64,000 bases of DNA from Gonapodya sp. JEL0774 (taxonomy: Eukaryota). The notes beneath the pieces are model-generated. The model saw nothing but the letters and a program-made list of their open reading frames with translations, was not told the origin of the DNA and ran no database searches. The stretch lies in the NCBI GenBank assembly GCA_027604505.1, contig JADIIX010000101.1, positions 1-64,000 on the forward strand, in the 5' to 3' direction. The position numbers were made by a program, and so were the translations under genes. This document shows positions 9,663 to 23,343 of this stretch, piece by piece; positions within the stretch are counted from its first letter, which is position 1; every line of letters begins with the position of its first letter.

Positions 9663-12347
9663 TCAAACGGCATCCGTTGCCCCAATCTGAGCAGTTCCTT
9701 CCTTGTTCCCTTTCAACATCAGTTCTTCTTCGAGCTTGGCAACCTGCTCTTCCGAAATGTTACGGACGGGTCCCTTGAAAGTGTGACGGGCGATTAAGAA
9801 CCACCAAAGATTAATAAATATGAGCACGATGGCGAACACAATGGGAGCGAAGTTCAAGTTGGAGAGGTCAGGCGCCACGGGATATTCGGTCTGAGTGGGG
9901 AGGGTGGGGCAGAAGAACGAATGCAGAACATAATGACATCACCGCGTTCCCTGATCCGAGGACGCATGCGTTTCTCAACATACTGGTAGCATGAAAATGA
10001 CCGTCATGAAGGCGACAAAGATTACTGCAATCCAACCTGAAGGGAACGCCCATTTACCCAAATGCCACGGACCGGGCTTGAAGTTCTCCCGACCGACGGT
10101 GATGCGAAGAAGGGTCGGAATCACGGTCTTCGGATGAAAAAAAAAATATTGAGACGTGGCGCTTCATATCAGAAAGGTGACGACCAATCAAGTTCTCACC
10201 GATATAAAGAAGCACACTGTCGAAACGGAGGTCAACGCCGGGAACACGACATCGGAGAAGAGTGTGGGGAGACCGAGAACCCAGGTGAGGAACATGGTGA
10301 GAAGGATGGCTCGGATCGGTGAGTGGAAAGTTGGGTCTGGAACATATACAACGGCAGGTGAACTGCAAAGAAAGGAACAGTACAAAGAGCTGGGCAATTA
10401 GTTACTCACTGATGTAGTACCAGAAATCACTGAAGGGCAGCGCCTTGTCACGGACCAAGGAGAAGAACACTATGACCAGCAAACAGATCAGTTTCGCTCG
10501 ATGCAGGGATGTATGGGGTACTAACTGCGAGATGTAACTACCACGCTGGCGCATGAGGTCATGACAAAGCTGAAAAACATAATGGCGAGGAACACTGTTG
10601 TCGCTGTCGGACCAACCGTGCCGAGCCAGATTCTGAGTAACATAGCGACGGGAAGAAGCGATTACCAAACTGTCGAAACCATACAAATTCTTGCACGGTC
10701 TACCGACTCAACATATGGGTCATAGTCACTGGATAAAACGGCGTCAATGTCCGTGACGAGGTAGAACTGGCAGGTCCATACTGATTGTTGATGTCACACC
10801 CTTATGTTTAGCGCTCATGGATCGGGCTTGTAAAACTTGCTCTACTTACGAATAAAGCCACCGATGGCACCTGCAATGACAGTGAAAACCAAACTGGTCG
10901 AAGCCGAAGTCGTACTCTCTGAGGTTTCCTCAGCAATGTGTGACGATGCATCTGGGAACGAAGTTGAACAGCTTAGTGAATTGGCAGGAATAGTTCAGAT
11001 CAAGCAGCTGCAGATATGCACCGAATCCCACAATGTTCCAGGCTGCTGGAAGCAGACCGATAAGAGCAACAAGCACATTCGATTCTGACCCCGTGTAGTT
11101 TTGCCATGTTATAAATACGAACTCCGCACTCGCAAGGTTCGAAGACCCCACGTAGGCGAGGGGGTAAATTGCGATGACCCAAGAACCGATAAAGATGACA
11201 TATGACGCGAACTGCGCAACAGTTGGGCTGGAAGTCGCGAGAAGGATATGATTTATCGTGAACACAGAGCAAGCCACTACGGTACACGAACAGGTAGTCC
11301 TCTCCAAAAATGTTGATGACCGCGACGAGGGCGACAATCACAAGGTAGAACACATATTCTATGTTGCGGAGCTCTTGGTCTTCTGGCATCCAGTCGCTGT
11401 TAAGCTGGCGGATGACCGTGAGCAGGTAGGCGGAAGCTTGAGCAGCATTCGCCAGTCCCGCTACGTTAGAGATGTAATTGAACCATGCAGTGTTCCTAAT
11501 CCATGCGAATATTGATCGGAGATCAACACAACATAATGGTGGCACGGGACACTGGTCGAAACATACCACGCGGCATAGGGTCCCCATTTCGGACCCCCCA
11601 GACGGGCAGCAAAATTGTACAAACCACCCATTGTCGGCATGGATGAGCACAACTCAGCCATTGAAAGCGCCACACAGCAGACAAGTAGCGTGACCGGCCA
11701 GAAAGACCAAAGGACCATAGGCTAGCATCCAGTGAGAGAATGTAAGAGGGGATCAAACCCGGAAAATTTTCAGGGCGGTGCAATTGAGGCTCACGGGTCC
11801 ACCTGTGGAAAGAGCGTAGCTCATGAGAGGGACATTCAGAAGGAGGCAGACGTTGGTGTAGTTGAGAGCCCATGTTGCTGCATAGCAATAATAATCGCAA
11901 GGCGCATGTGTGGAGTTATTGAGCTTATATTTCTCGGCGATGAGAAGTGCGCGCGGGACCTACTGAGCTTGTTGAAGGGTCGTTTTGTTTCCTGCTTGTA
12001 GCCAAGCTTTGCGAGGACCTGGAATTGAAGTTCCAAACCGGTTGAAGCGCGCCGATCGCTGGCGCCGCCGTCGATATCAACTCACCACTGTTGATTCGAT
12101 AATAAGTTCGACGGGAGACAAAAGTTCACGCTTTCAATGGCACACACGCTTCAGTTCCAGTAAACGATAGACGCGCACCTTCGTCTTCCAAGTACGTTTT
12201 CGTTTCCTATGTGTTGTGGGCAGCGTTTCAGATAAAATGTGATCGCAAGGTGGGTCTCGGCATGAGCTGAATCATCCCCCAGCTGGACTCTTCATATGCC
12301 CCAGAGGAACTCACCGGAAGGCCGAGAAGCTTTCTTGTCCAAGACAT
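9663..12347 (-). CDS. APC-superfamily amino acid/GABA/choline-type permease, copy B (convergent paralog of copy A)
   Basis: Same motifs and intron positions as copy A. First exons 12347-12315, 12206-12179, 12087-12086, then from 12018: MSWTRKLLGLP|ETKTYLEDEV|VLAKLGYKQE. Confidence 0.92.
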
Positions 12348-12706
12348 TGTTTTGGACGTCACAGATACAGACGAAGGGAACTGTCAAATGGACGCGTTTG
12401 CCAAGACAAGGTCCCGGGGTTTATCGGTTGCTTCGCCACCGGCACAAGTGGCAAAACCCTCCCGCTCAGGCAAGGAAGCTAGATATTTTTCTCGTAAAGT
12501 CAAAGCGAATAATTTTCAGCTACCTCAACATAGTAACAAATAGTTGCTCACATCCAGATTGAAGGAATATGTGGTCGAATGGTTGCAATCACCCATTCCC
12601 CACTCGAGAAGGTACCCATTTGAGGGAGCGCCGCGGACGATCACTTTGAGGGGGAAGGCGACAATTCATCATTCTAGTAGATTCAAGGAAATCAACAGCT
12701 ATAGGC

Positions 12707-14241
12707 CTAGTGCTTTAAAGAGCCCAACTTTCGCACCTCACTCTCAAACTCCATTACCAGATCGTCTATTCTAGCGCCTTCTTCAATGATATCCTTAAAC
12801 ACTCCTCCCCGGCGTCCCTCTTTCAATCGATCAAGAAGCTTCCTTTTGACACTTCCACACTCTTTGGCAAAGGTTGCCTTGTCTCCTGTTAAGATATCGT
12901 TATCCGAGAGGACCCGTGCCGTGACGCGATTGAGACGAATGTTGAGCTGGTGGAGGAAGGAGGTGGCAGTCTGCAATCGGGAGAGAGACTTTCGAGAGTG
13001 ATATCAGATCATTATTGAGACCGTCGATAGGTCTTGATCTGACAGGATTCTTCTCACAAGATCAGAACTCACAGTTTCAGCCTCGCGAGCTTCTAATCCC
13101 CGCATGAAACCGACATAGTGACTCCATCGAAGGTATATGGCATCGATGAGGCTAGCAAGCGGTTTGCTGTTGGAATGCACGTGAATGGTGAGAAATTATG
13201 TGGTGATTCATATTTCAGGGTCGATGCCAACCTTGGTGTATGATCCATATCCTCGTCTGCATTGATCCATTCTAGCTCCAGTACACCACTCCAAGAATAA
13301 GAATGATTGGAAGTGCGTTCTACAGTCCCCTTGACGTCAGGGTATCTGAGGTATTGCAGAAGGAGGCTCGGGCCGGGTCTCACCAGATTGCAGCCGAGCT
13401 GCTATTCGCGAAATCACGTCACTTGGTACCATTCTGCTTCCTCGTTGCGCATTTCGAGACAGGCAGATGTGTAAGGGTGTAGCGACGTGAAGCGACAGAA
13501 ACGAGACCCGGTCTGCGAATTGCATCGACGTCTATCAATGTGCACTCCGGTATGCGAGGTCATATCGTGACAATCAACAGCACAAACTTTTGCGACACAT
13601 TTGGAAAATGCCATGCATCATGCTTCGGTAGAACGTGTTGTCATCAAGAAGAAGGATGTGTCGTACATTGGGGTCAACTCTATTCAACAGAAAGTGAGGA
13701 TCTTACCCCACATGTAGACTTCGACTAACTCAACTCACGATGATTTCTTTCCCCCGCAAAGACATTCGCACACCTCAACGTTCCGGTCGATGCAACTGCT
13801 GTTACCCGTTGCTATTGAAGACGTGCGCAGGGCCCGGATAATTCGTTCAGCTTCCTCGAGCACTCTCAATCGAGCAGATTTGTATCCCTGCTTGGACTCC
13901 TCTGATGTCCCAGGGATCTCTTCCCCAAAAGATTTTGAATCTTTGAAACCATCCTCGAGAGTTGGAGTATGCCAATTGCTCATAAGTTTGTCGTACTCCA
14001 GATGGATACAGTGGACGATTTCAAGACCTGCTGGCGCTGTTCGATTCTCTCCTTGGAGGATCACCGAAGGCGCCTTCCGTTCCGATTGATGGAGGAGTTC
14101 GAGGGGAGGGGTGTTTTCCTCGTGGAATTTCTTGATGCGGCGACAGAGGAAGGATTTGCCCGCACCTGGGAGACCAGAAAGTACCAAAACAAGGATTTGC
14201 AGCTCTTCGGGAAGATGTGCATTGGCCGGTGAGGCGGTCAT
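12707..14241 (-). CDS. PSTK: L-seryl-tRNA(Sec) kinase (O-phosphoseryl-tRNA(Sec) kinase)
   Basis: P-loop VLSGLPGAGKS; HLEYDKLM; ILLLDDNTFYRSM...FQMCRK; TPLHICLSRNAQR; C-terminal SFLHQLNIRLNRV. DDNxxYRSM is the PSTK-type motif, whereas the related Kti12 has DSLNYIKG. Confidence 0.82.
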
Positions 14242-14708
14242 GGGATTGATTTCACTTCTCTAGACGATCCGTTTTTGCAACATGCCGTGCAAAGCAGCAC
14301 CAATGGAACCATCGCCACAAAACATCTGCAACTGCTAGAGTACCATTAAATGGTCGCATGACAGTTCATTTGAATGTTCATGTGGCCATGTGAGCCGAGA
14401 TTCCCCTCTCACATGATCTTCTTCATGTAAAACAGACACAGTATATTTGCTTAAACCATGTTTTTCAAGTTTCTTCTTGACTATTTTAAGTTCATAATAG
14501 TTCTGAAATTTGAACAGCTTCATCTCCAACGGGTTGAAGTTGTGCCGAACTGATTTTCCAACAAAGTTTCCCGAGAGTCGAGATACAATTGTGCTCAGCT
14601 CCTCTACGACGACATCACCAAACTGCAGGGAGCGCAGGGTGGTCACATTGCAGCGGAATCGACGGAAGGTCCCCATCCTGATCAAAAAACGTGACAGCGG
14701 GAGACATA

Positions 14709-16669
14709 ATGCCGACAACAAATGCTTCCGCAGAAGCGTCCGAAACCAACACCGATGACCACATCGGTTCACAGACAACTCTGTCAAATATTGAAGCTGG
14801 CGATGGGGATCTGACTGAAAGGAAGGAAACATCGGATGTCACGGAGGATCAGCAAGCTCGAGACATCAAGGTTCACGAAATCCTCCTATCGGGCGTTGAA
14901 CGAGAATCGCACGCTCTCACGGTGAAAGAAAATGAAGCGAAGGTCGGCTTGCAACCCGAAGAGGAACCGAAACAACGCTACGCGTGGACGGGAGAGGGGG
15001 GATTGGAGGGAGCTCTGGTAATCGTCGCGTCAGCTTTTGGCATGTTTTTTGGGATGGGGTTGATGTTTACATGGGGTAAGCTATTTGTCTCCTGAGGGAT
15101 ATTGAACGGAACATTCCGTGACGGATCTGTAACTGCCCTGGAATATCGTCACACCATACATTCAGGAGTGTACATGCGATTTTACTACTACAACAATATC
15201 TTTCCATCAACGTCGCTATTTCAACTCGCGTTTGTGGGATCTATGAACATGGCGTTCCAGAACATCATTGGGTGAGGACAGGTTGCCATATACCACACTG
15301 TGTGGACTTTTTGATATCGATTAGAACGATCTCCATTCAGACCCTTCATGGGATTCATCCAAGATCGCTTGGGTAATCAGTTGTGTGTGTTGGCAGGGGC
15401 AGCGATGCTCACAGGGAGCTTCATATTGGCTTCGTTCTGCACTCAATTCTGGCAATTGCTGTTGACCCAAGGGGTAATGTGAGCTGAACCTACCACATCT
15501 TGGAAATTTAAATGCACGTAAATTGATGGTGTTCTCAGGTACGGCATTTCCACAGCTTTCATGTATTTCACCTTCGTCTCGGTTCCCATCCAATACTATT
15601 CCCGCAATCGGGCTCTTGCTATCGGTATCGTGGTGTCTGGATCAGGGCTCGGCGGTATGTCCCTTGGCCCACTGACTCAGCGCATGATTGACGCATTGGG
15701 GTACACGTGGGCGCTTAGAATCACCGGATTGATGAGTGGGACGGTGGTTGGTTTGACAAGTATATTCTTGAAGGGAAAAAACCGGAAGGGTACCCAAAGT
15801 AGCAGCTTGCTCGCCTTTGAATTCTTCAAAGATGCCAACTTTAGTCGATTGTTTCTCAGCAGCTTCTTTATGATGTGAGTCTTGCCATCTTTCAGGTATC
15901 TGAACTTCATGTTAAATCTCCTCAGCTAATCGAGTTTTGGTCGCTCTGCTCGTGCATATCAACTTGTGATACTGCTTTCATTAGGTGGGGTTTCTTTATT
16001 CCCTTCGGTTACATACCATCTTTCGCCGTCAACATTGGACTCTCCGCGAGCGATGGTGCATTCATCCTTGGGATGACTAACGGAGCAAGTGCTGCCGGGA
16101 GAGTTATCATAGGTTACTACGCTGACAGGATAGGTAATGTGAATGCGTTGACGGTCTGTCAGGTGAGTCTCACAGAGAGATGATGTATGTTTGAGGATTG
16201 AGAATGCGACAATCATCTGGTACAGGTGGTGTCGGCTGTGTTTTACTTTGGGCTCTGGCCATTCGCCAAGTCTTATGCTCCGTTGCTTGTGTTCGGACTC
16301 GGCTTTGGTTTCTTTTCCGGGGTAGGTCTAGTGTTGTTGGTGCACAATGTGGAGTTTTTGCTCATGCCAACTCCTCAAAAGGGATTCATCTCTCTGTTTC
16401 CCAGTTTTATCGCTCAAGTGTGGGGAGTTGATCGTATTACTCAACGAATGGGTATTCAATTCAGTGGCAGTCTGCCTGGGGCGATCGCTGGGCAATCCGT
16501 CGCGGGGCTTTTCTTGGATCATTACACTACCAAGTTTGCCGATGGATCGATCGTCATTGACTATGTACCTGCGATTTTGTGGGGTGCGAGCATGTTTTCC
16601 GTCACTGCATTGCTGACCATATGGGTGAGAATGGACTTGGCTAAGTGGAAGTTGTGGAAAAAAATCTAG
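14709..16669 (+). CDS. MFS transporter, monocarboxylate porter (MCT/Mch) family
   Basis: QYYSRNRALAIGIVVSGSGLGG, LGYTWALRITG, GFFIPFGYIPSFA, ASAAGRVIIGYYADRIG; multi-exon. Confidence 0.9.
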
Positions 16670-17306
16670 ACGGCACGATAGCAAACGCGCTAGCAAAATT
16701 GGAGCTCAGCTCTCCGCGCACTGCAATTAATTTCATTGTAATTGAAGACAGTCGCCGCAGTTTGTCCTCGTGTGACCACAGCTAGCCTTCCCAAATTTAT
16801 CAATTGTGATGAGCTCAGTCTACTGAACACCATCAGGAACGTGCCGAGCAGAACCATCACATAGCAACACCGGTGAGCTGCACATCCAAAACGTGAGTCG
16901 CGTATGTCTCAGGTGGCGATGGACCCACGAGAGTTGGCGATGGCGCGTGAAAATCAGGACAGATCCAATTGTGATTGCTCGCAATACAGAGTCATGCGAG
17001 GAGATGGAGACAACTTCGCTATTCAGCTGCACTCGCTTGTTGGAAGAAGATTGTCAACATTCTCGCATTTGTTCGGGAGCTCTGGATATGTATAACTTTG
17101 CAGGGAGTGATTGTGACGGCGGAGTGTGTTCCCATCAATACGAGGATTTCGAATGGCGCTACCATGCCACTTTGCCAGTAATCTGAGTATAAAATTAACT
17201 ATTGCCTTTTATATCATCGTCTTCTGCGTGTCACTTCTGTCGCACCTTCGGTTCTTGTACTTTCAATCTTCCAATCAGTGCGTGGTTCACAATATAACAT
17301 CGATTG

Positions 17307-20167
17307 ATGCAGCGCTTCTGGCGCTCAAGAACGACAGACGACTTAACCCAAGGCAGACAGGCATCCCTCAAATCCTCCACAGTGTCGACCATCATGAAAG
17401 TCTTCGACCGGGCGTCTGTGTCACGACCATTGTCACTTATAGTTGACACTAGCCACGCCACCAGGTCAGAAAATTGGCCACGGAATGCCCAGCTCACTCG
17501 ATTAGATTCTTCGCAACATCTGGTCTCAGGTGGTCTCGATGAACGCAGCAAGTCCCACGACGTTCTTCCGACTACTTCAGCCACTCCGCGCCCACTTCGT
17601 AGGAGCCACACATCTCTAAAATCGATTCCGTTGCCTTCACAAAAGACTCCCATGCAACGATCGACGCCTCCCTTCCTTCCAATCCTAGCCACATCTGTGC
17701 TCACCCTCTCCGCAGACACGCCAGTTACAGATCTATTCGAAGACTTCACAGTGCCCGCAAATATCTACTACAAATCAGACGAAAATATTTCATTCGAGGA
17801 AGATGAATGGCTCAACTCAGCAGCCTTGGATATTGACGAGGCAATGAATCTTGCGCCGGAGTCCTGTGCGGTGAGGGAAGCATCAGTAGTGAACACAGAC
17901 ATGTCGAAACTCCCGCCACGACCTCACTCATCCCGGTGCGCGTCTCGTTTCGCCAAGTCTGATGCTTCTCTTCCCACATCTGCCAATCAATTTGACACCA
18001 ATGCGAGAATCGAGTCCGTCCCCGCAGTTCCACGTCTCCGAGCGTCTCCAAAACCGGGATTAAACTTGAATCGAAATTCGTGTCCAGTGTTTAGCACACC
18101 GCATATTCACTCCGAAACTCCTCGTGCCCTCGATAGGGGTTCCATTGATCTAGAGAGCCCAGCATCACCAAATTGTACGGGGCAGGCAAACTCGCCGAGC
18201 ACCGAAATGGGGATACCCGTCGCTCAAGAAAGGCTTGTAGCAGTTACGAAACATAAGCTTGACATGGGACGGGTAGTGTCTCTTACCTCGTCACCACTGC
18301 CGAGCGAAAGCAACAGAGCGACAAGCAATCCAGTGTTGGGGACCGTCGCTTCTCGGCCACCACTCCCAACCACCACCGAGCATATAATTTCGGCTCCTCC
18401 TCCACTCCCATTAGTCTCTTCTCCGCTTACTTCCTACAGAGCGTGCTCACCTGTGGCCACGGACGAGGCCATTGCCCCCACGTCGCAAACGAGCTCCTCT
18501 GCCGCGCCTCATGCTCCAAGCATAAGGCCTACTGCTCACTTGATCGCACTCGCAATTCGTACTACCGCTCCGTCCAAGAACCTCTTTGGACGACCCCGAG
18601 CACAGCACGGTACAGCGTCCGCAACTCCAATATCACGACTCGGGTCCAATCCCGCGGGAATGTTTCGACTCGGGAAAAATAAAAGGGAAGGCGGCAAAGG
18701 AGCAAAGGTACCGGGTGTGAATGAAGATGAGCTAGTGGGGTTGTTCTGGCACGCTGGTGAGTTTGAGCCGCAAATCGCGAAATGGGGTTACAAAGCAATC
18801 CCAAAAACTTACCTAAACCATTACCTCTTGCACGAAAGATGAGCAACTTCTTAACGCCGTTCACCGTCTAAGGGAAGTGCCCCCCTACACATATCATTCG
18901 AGTCGCCTCGCCCAACGTACTGAGACAGTGCACAAACGTCAGAAAGTGCTCCTCGACACGTTATACCTCCTTGCAGAGCAGGTGGATAGAGTTGACAGCA
19001 TGAAGGATGAATCAGCAATCTTCGCGGATCGATCATATCGGCGGACATTACCGTTGGACGATCAGAGGGAACTCGAATTCGGGTACAGTGAAAACATCAT
19101 GTTCGCTGCCCAGGCTCTAAGTACAGGGTTTCGGATTCGGTGAGCCTTGGTTTATTTCCTCTTGGCAGGGCCCCAAATTTCATTTTATGTGTCTGCTCGA
19201 ACTAGTGGTGTGGAAGCTCATTCCCCGATCCTCACGCCTCCCGCTCAGCAGCTCACGGCTTCTTTCGAAGCCTTGCGATGGGTCATACGTGGTCGTGCAG
19301 TGAGAAGCCCCCGGCCCCCGTATGACGACGAAGCTATCCGGACAGTGCTTCGAGACTTCGACAGAGCATGGTGCACTTTTGAGGAGGTCATTTGCGAGAA
19401 ATACTTCAGCGCAATGTATATGGGAAGAAGTGGTCAGCATGATGTCGACATGTTTTCGGTAGGTCCAGTCTCCAACCAAGCATATCATTTTGGCTATGAA
19501 ATATCTACTTTGGCATCGGAAAATTGGGCTTCTGCAGATCCTCATGTCTGAAACTCTTCTTCGAGCAATCTCTCACAACTACATGACTCTCAGTCAGATA
19601 CTCGAGTACGATCCTGTCATCTTTCTCGCTCTACCCCGACTCACCGTGGTGGGCGGTCTGCTCCACTTCCCTGGAATGGTAGATCTCGTGAATCCCGAGA
19701 CGTGCATACGTTGGTTTAGACACAAATGCACCAATATGAGAGAGTTGCGGTGGGAGCTAGAGGCACTGGAAGCGAGGGAGCTCGCGGAATTGGAACGGAT
19801 GCTTTGTGGGGGAACTGAATCGGACACCGACAACGTGGACACTAAAAGTACTACAGTTGTCAATCAACGCATTCAACGCGTATTTATGGAGGTTTGCGGA
19901 GTTGCGGATGATCTGCAAACCGGACCGAAGGCTAGGGAGTTTGTGCAAGTTCTCAACAGCGTGTTGTCGATGTACAAAGAAAGTGAGCCCGAGAAGGGAA
20001 AGTCCGGAGGCGGTAGAGGTGCAGAAGCTGGAAGTAGACGTCAAATCGCACAGGGAAGTGATCGCAAAAAACGGTGGTCTTGGTTTTGGAGCAGCATCGG
20101 AGACACGAGTCATTCTGGAGGTGGTGGGGGAACAACGACTGAGTCAGTACAAGCATCGCCTCGTTAA
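17307..20167 (+). CDS. LST2/ZFYVE28-like protein (LST2 helical domain, no FYVE) with long disordered N-terminus
   Basis: LFWHA|DEQL, ENIMFAAQALSTG, LRDFDRAWCTFE, SETLLRAI..YDPVIFLALPRL, LEARELAELERMLC, RVFMEVCGVADDLQT are colinear with animal LST2 blocks as I recall them. Confidence 0.8.
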
Positions 20168-20467
20168 TCACAGAAGCGTGAAGTTTTCGGTCCAAGCGTC
20201 ATCGTAACTTGCTTCCAAGGGAAAATAGGAAATTCAGTGTTGAAGCATCGTAAATCAATTAGTGTATCACTGAATTACAAAGAATAATGGGGTGGGGTGC
20301 AAATCCCCGAGTAACTTGAGATACAAGAGATGGTGTTTATACAGTGTGTGAACGTCCCGTAAATAAATCAGTTGTAGTACTTCATCCAACGAGGGGAAAA
20401 CTGTAACGATAGTCCGTGTCAATGGATGCACGACATGTCCAATGTCATATTACGCGCACGCGGAAAG

Positions 20468-23222
20468 TCAGACATGCAAATCGAGATCCGCAAGCAAGTC
20501 CGCAACATCCCGCACTTTCATGCGCTCGAAGGAGTGCTGAGTCGAGCTTGCCTTGGATGAAGAGCCTGTTTTCAAATCGGTCGGTCTTGTTGGCCCTTTG
20601 CGCTTGCTCAATATAGCTGGTTGGAGAGAAACCAACGAGAGGGCAGTGCCGGGTTGTTTTATAGCTAAATATTTATATCTTGAACCTTTGCTGAAAATGG
20701 AAACACAGGCAAGCAACCAACCCTGTGTCGCATTGATCAATACGCGAATCCACTCTGTCATTTCCAACTGGTTGGGCGCTGCCAGAACAAAACTCTCCGA
20801 TGCATTATGGATCAGCCTAAAGCGATAGGGAGTTACAAAGGTGCTCGAGAGTTCCAAGATATTCGATGTAGACGTTCCGACAAAACTTTCATCCGAATCT
20901 GGGGCAAGGCGATAACCCGCGAGACAAAAAGCTTTGAAGAGAGTTCGATTCTTGACAGAGAACCTCATATGAATGGAAATACGCATCATTTGTTGGACTT
21001 CTGGTGCAAACTCACTCCATTTTCTCGGTGAAGGTAAAGCCAGTCATCCCGGAGCTCCACCCATCTTCGCTTCCAGCCAACCGCCACTGATCCCAACGAA
21101 GATTTCACCAATGGCTTTATTCCCAGGTGTCCATATCTGTCAACTGAACTGTCGGCCGGCTCAATCGTGAAAGTTGGTCCGTCAGAGTTGCTAACTACTG
21201 CAGGTTGATCCACGAAAAGATCTCGCTGGAAGACAGTGGTGGGTGAGCGCACTGTACTGATGGTGGGATTGGTTATCGCTTTGATAGATGCGAAAGACGA
21301 CCTGGGCGTAATACTGCGGAAGTCGCTATCGGAAAGTGACGAGGTGTCATTGGAACCACGACGAGGACGAGGGTGAACGAGCTTCTTCACAAAGGTTGCA
21401 ACGGTACTCCATGTTCTGAAGGGGTGCAGCTATTAGCTACATCAGCTTCACATGGCATCGTAAACTGTGCAACCTACTTGGAGACACTATGAGCTGTTGG
21501 TGCTTCTTTCTCCTCCTTCATTTGTCCATGATAATCCCATCGAGAGACTAAAGTTTCCATTGAAACAGTCTGCGTCTTCTGGTGTTCGGGGCGGAGATCA
21601 GTTAGAAAGTACTGTGATTCATCGCACCGAGGAGCCAACGACAAATCTGGCACGGGACTGAGGTGTACTGTCTCCATTAAAGAGTTGACGTTGAAGCTGT
21701 CGTTACTTAATTTCGAAAGATCGCTCGTGGAACCCCTAGCATTTGAACTGTCTGTTGAAGTACGAGCTCGGCCAACCACCGGAATTGTTGGAAGTACTGC
21801 TCGATCAGCACCATCCGTGTTGCTGTGCTCCGGGAGAAAAGTCGCTTCTAAAGTGTTTATGGCAGTCTCGGTGGTGAATCCGCGAGAAATGATGTTGTCA
21901 TGTGGCTTGTGAGTGGACAGTTCATTCCCAATCCAAAGGGAGAAGGGTTTATCACTGGGATGTGATGAGACATCAATAAATCGCTTTGAAAAAGGTGAGC
22001 TCCTTATGAGCTCGTTTTGCGGGATGCCAATATATAGACCTCCAGCGATGGATTGTGATACTTTTGATCCACGGCGGCCATCACTTGGTCTCCACGCGGA
22101 GTTTCCTGGAGTCTTCACTTCTTCCAAGATAGGTTGAAGATTGGACTCTTTCATTCGTGGTCCTCTTTTGTCCACAAGTGCCCAAAGCTCATACAAAATG
22201 AAGACGCGGTGCTGAATGGACGCCACTCCCAGATCGCGAAGCGATCCAAGCGTTTGGGAAACCAGGAGACGACCATTTATATTATGTGCTGCAATCACGA
22301 ATAGCAGATCTCTGAATTGAAACACAGTTGCTGCGTTAAGGGACAAGACCTACAACGGAACATCACCAGATACTGTTCCATCCCGATTGCAACCAACCAA
22401 GTCACTGCATCATCGACGGACCATTCGTCTACCACTGTGTTGAGTGATTCAAGAGCAGTAGAATCCAGGATCATGCTCCGATACGAGACACTCTTGGCAC
22501 GGAGAGTATCAGTTTCCTGTTGGTCCTCCGGATCGATCACTGGAAGGTTGGCTCGCGGAAGAGTCAGTGGTCTCATTCGTTTTGGAATTGTGCCTGATGA
22601 ATCGTTTCTTCTACGACCTCTCTGGGACATTAAGGTGCCATAACGACTGACAAGGGACTGCATGTCGCTCTCTGTAAAACTGATGATATCCTCCTCGTCG
22701 ACATAGAAGTCGTTAGCAGAAAGGCGGCTCATTGACGTTTGGTCGTCAGACAATGCTTCGGCCTCCCGCTTGAGCTCCTCGACGAGAGCAGAGAAGCGAG
22801 CCATGCGGGAGGTGTCGACATTCCGGAAGTTCACGGTTGTGACTTGCGAATTGTGGAACAAACCCAATTGCCCGCTGAAGGTCCGTCCCTTTATATTTTG
22901 TAACACCGTTAGAGCGATTTGAACGAGAACAGTTGTCGAACCTGAAGGGAACTATTGAAACATACCAGCCACCATCCATCGTGATACTCTTCGTCGTCTT
23001 CCACCACACAGAGGGGGGTTCCAGCTGACACCGTGATCTCATCTTCTTCTACCTTTATTTGCAGAGATGACGATGTCGTCAGATGCATATTTTGAGACGA
23101 TTGCGGGTGGACGCCAGCCGCTGCAAATGGGCAGACACGAGACAACTCACCCCAACGATGTCTTCACATGCAAACACAATCAGCTGCGGTGTTTTCGTAT
23201 CACGGTTGCCGGAACCCTTCAT
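20468..23222 (-). CDS. SH3-SAM-PH polarity scaffold (Boi1/Boi2/Pob1-like)
   Basis: SH3 (EEDEITV...DEEYHDGWWL|GRTFSGQLGLF), SAM (WSVDDAVTWL...HNINGRLL...LRDLGV), PH (GWKRRWVELRDDWLY...EMTEWIRVLINAT). Confidence 0.85.
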
Positions 23223-23343
23223 GCGACCAAGAGGAAGATAGCGCTAGAATTGTTGGCGATGTTGAAACGCTGACCGGCATCAGCTGGCTCACATATGACA
23301 CCAACCCTTGCTCCCCGCACACGCCGAATTGAACACATCCCGT

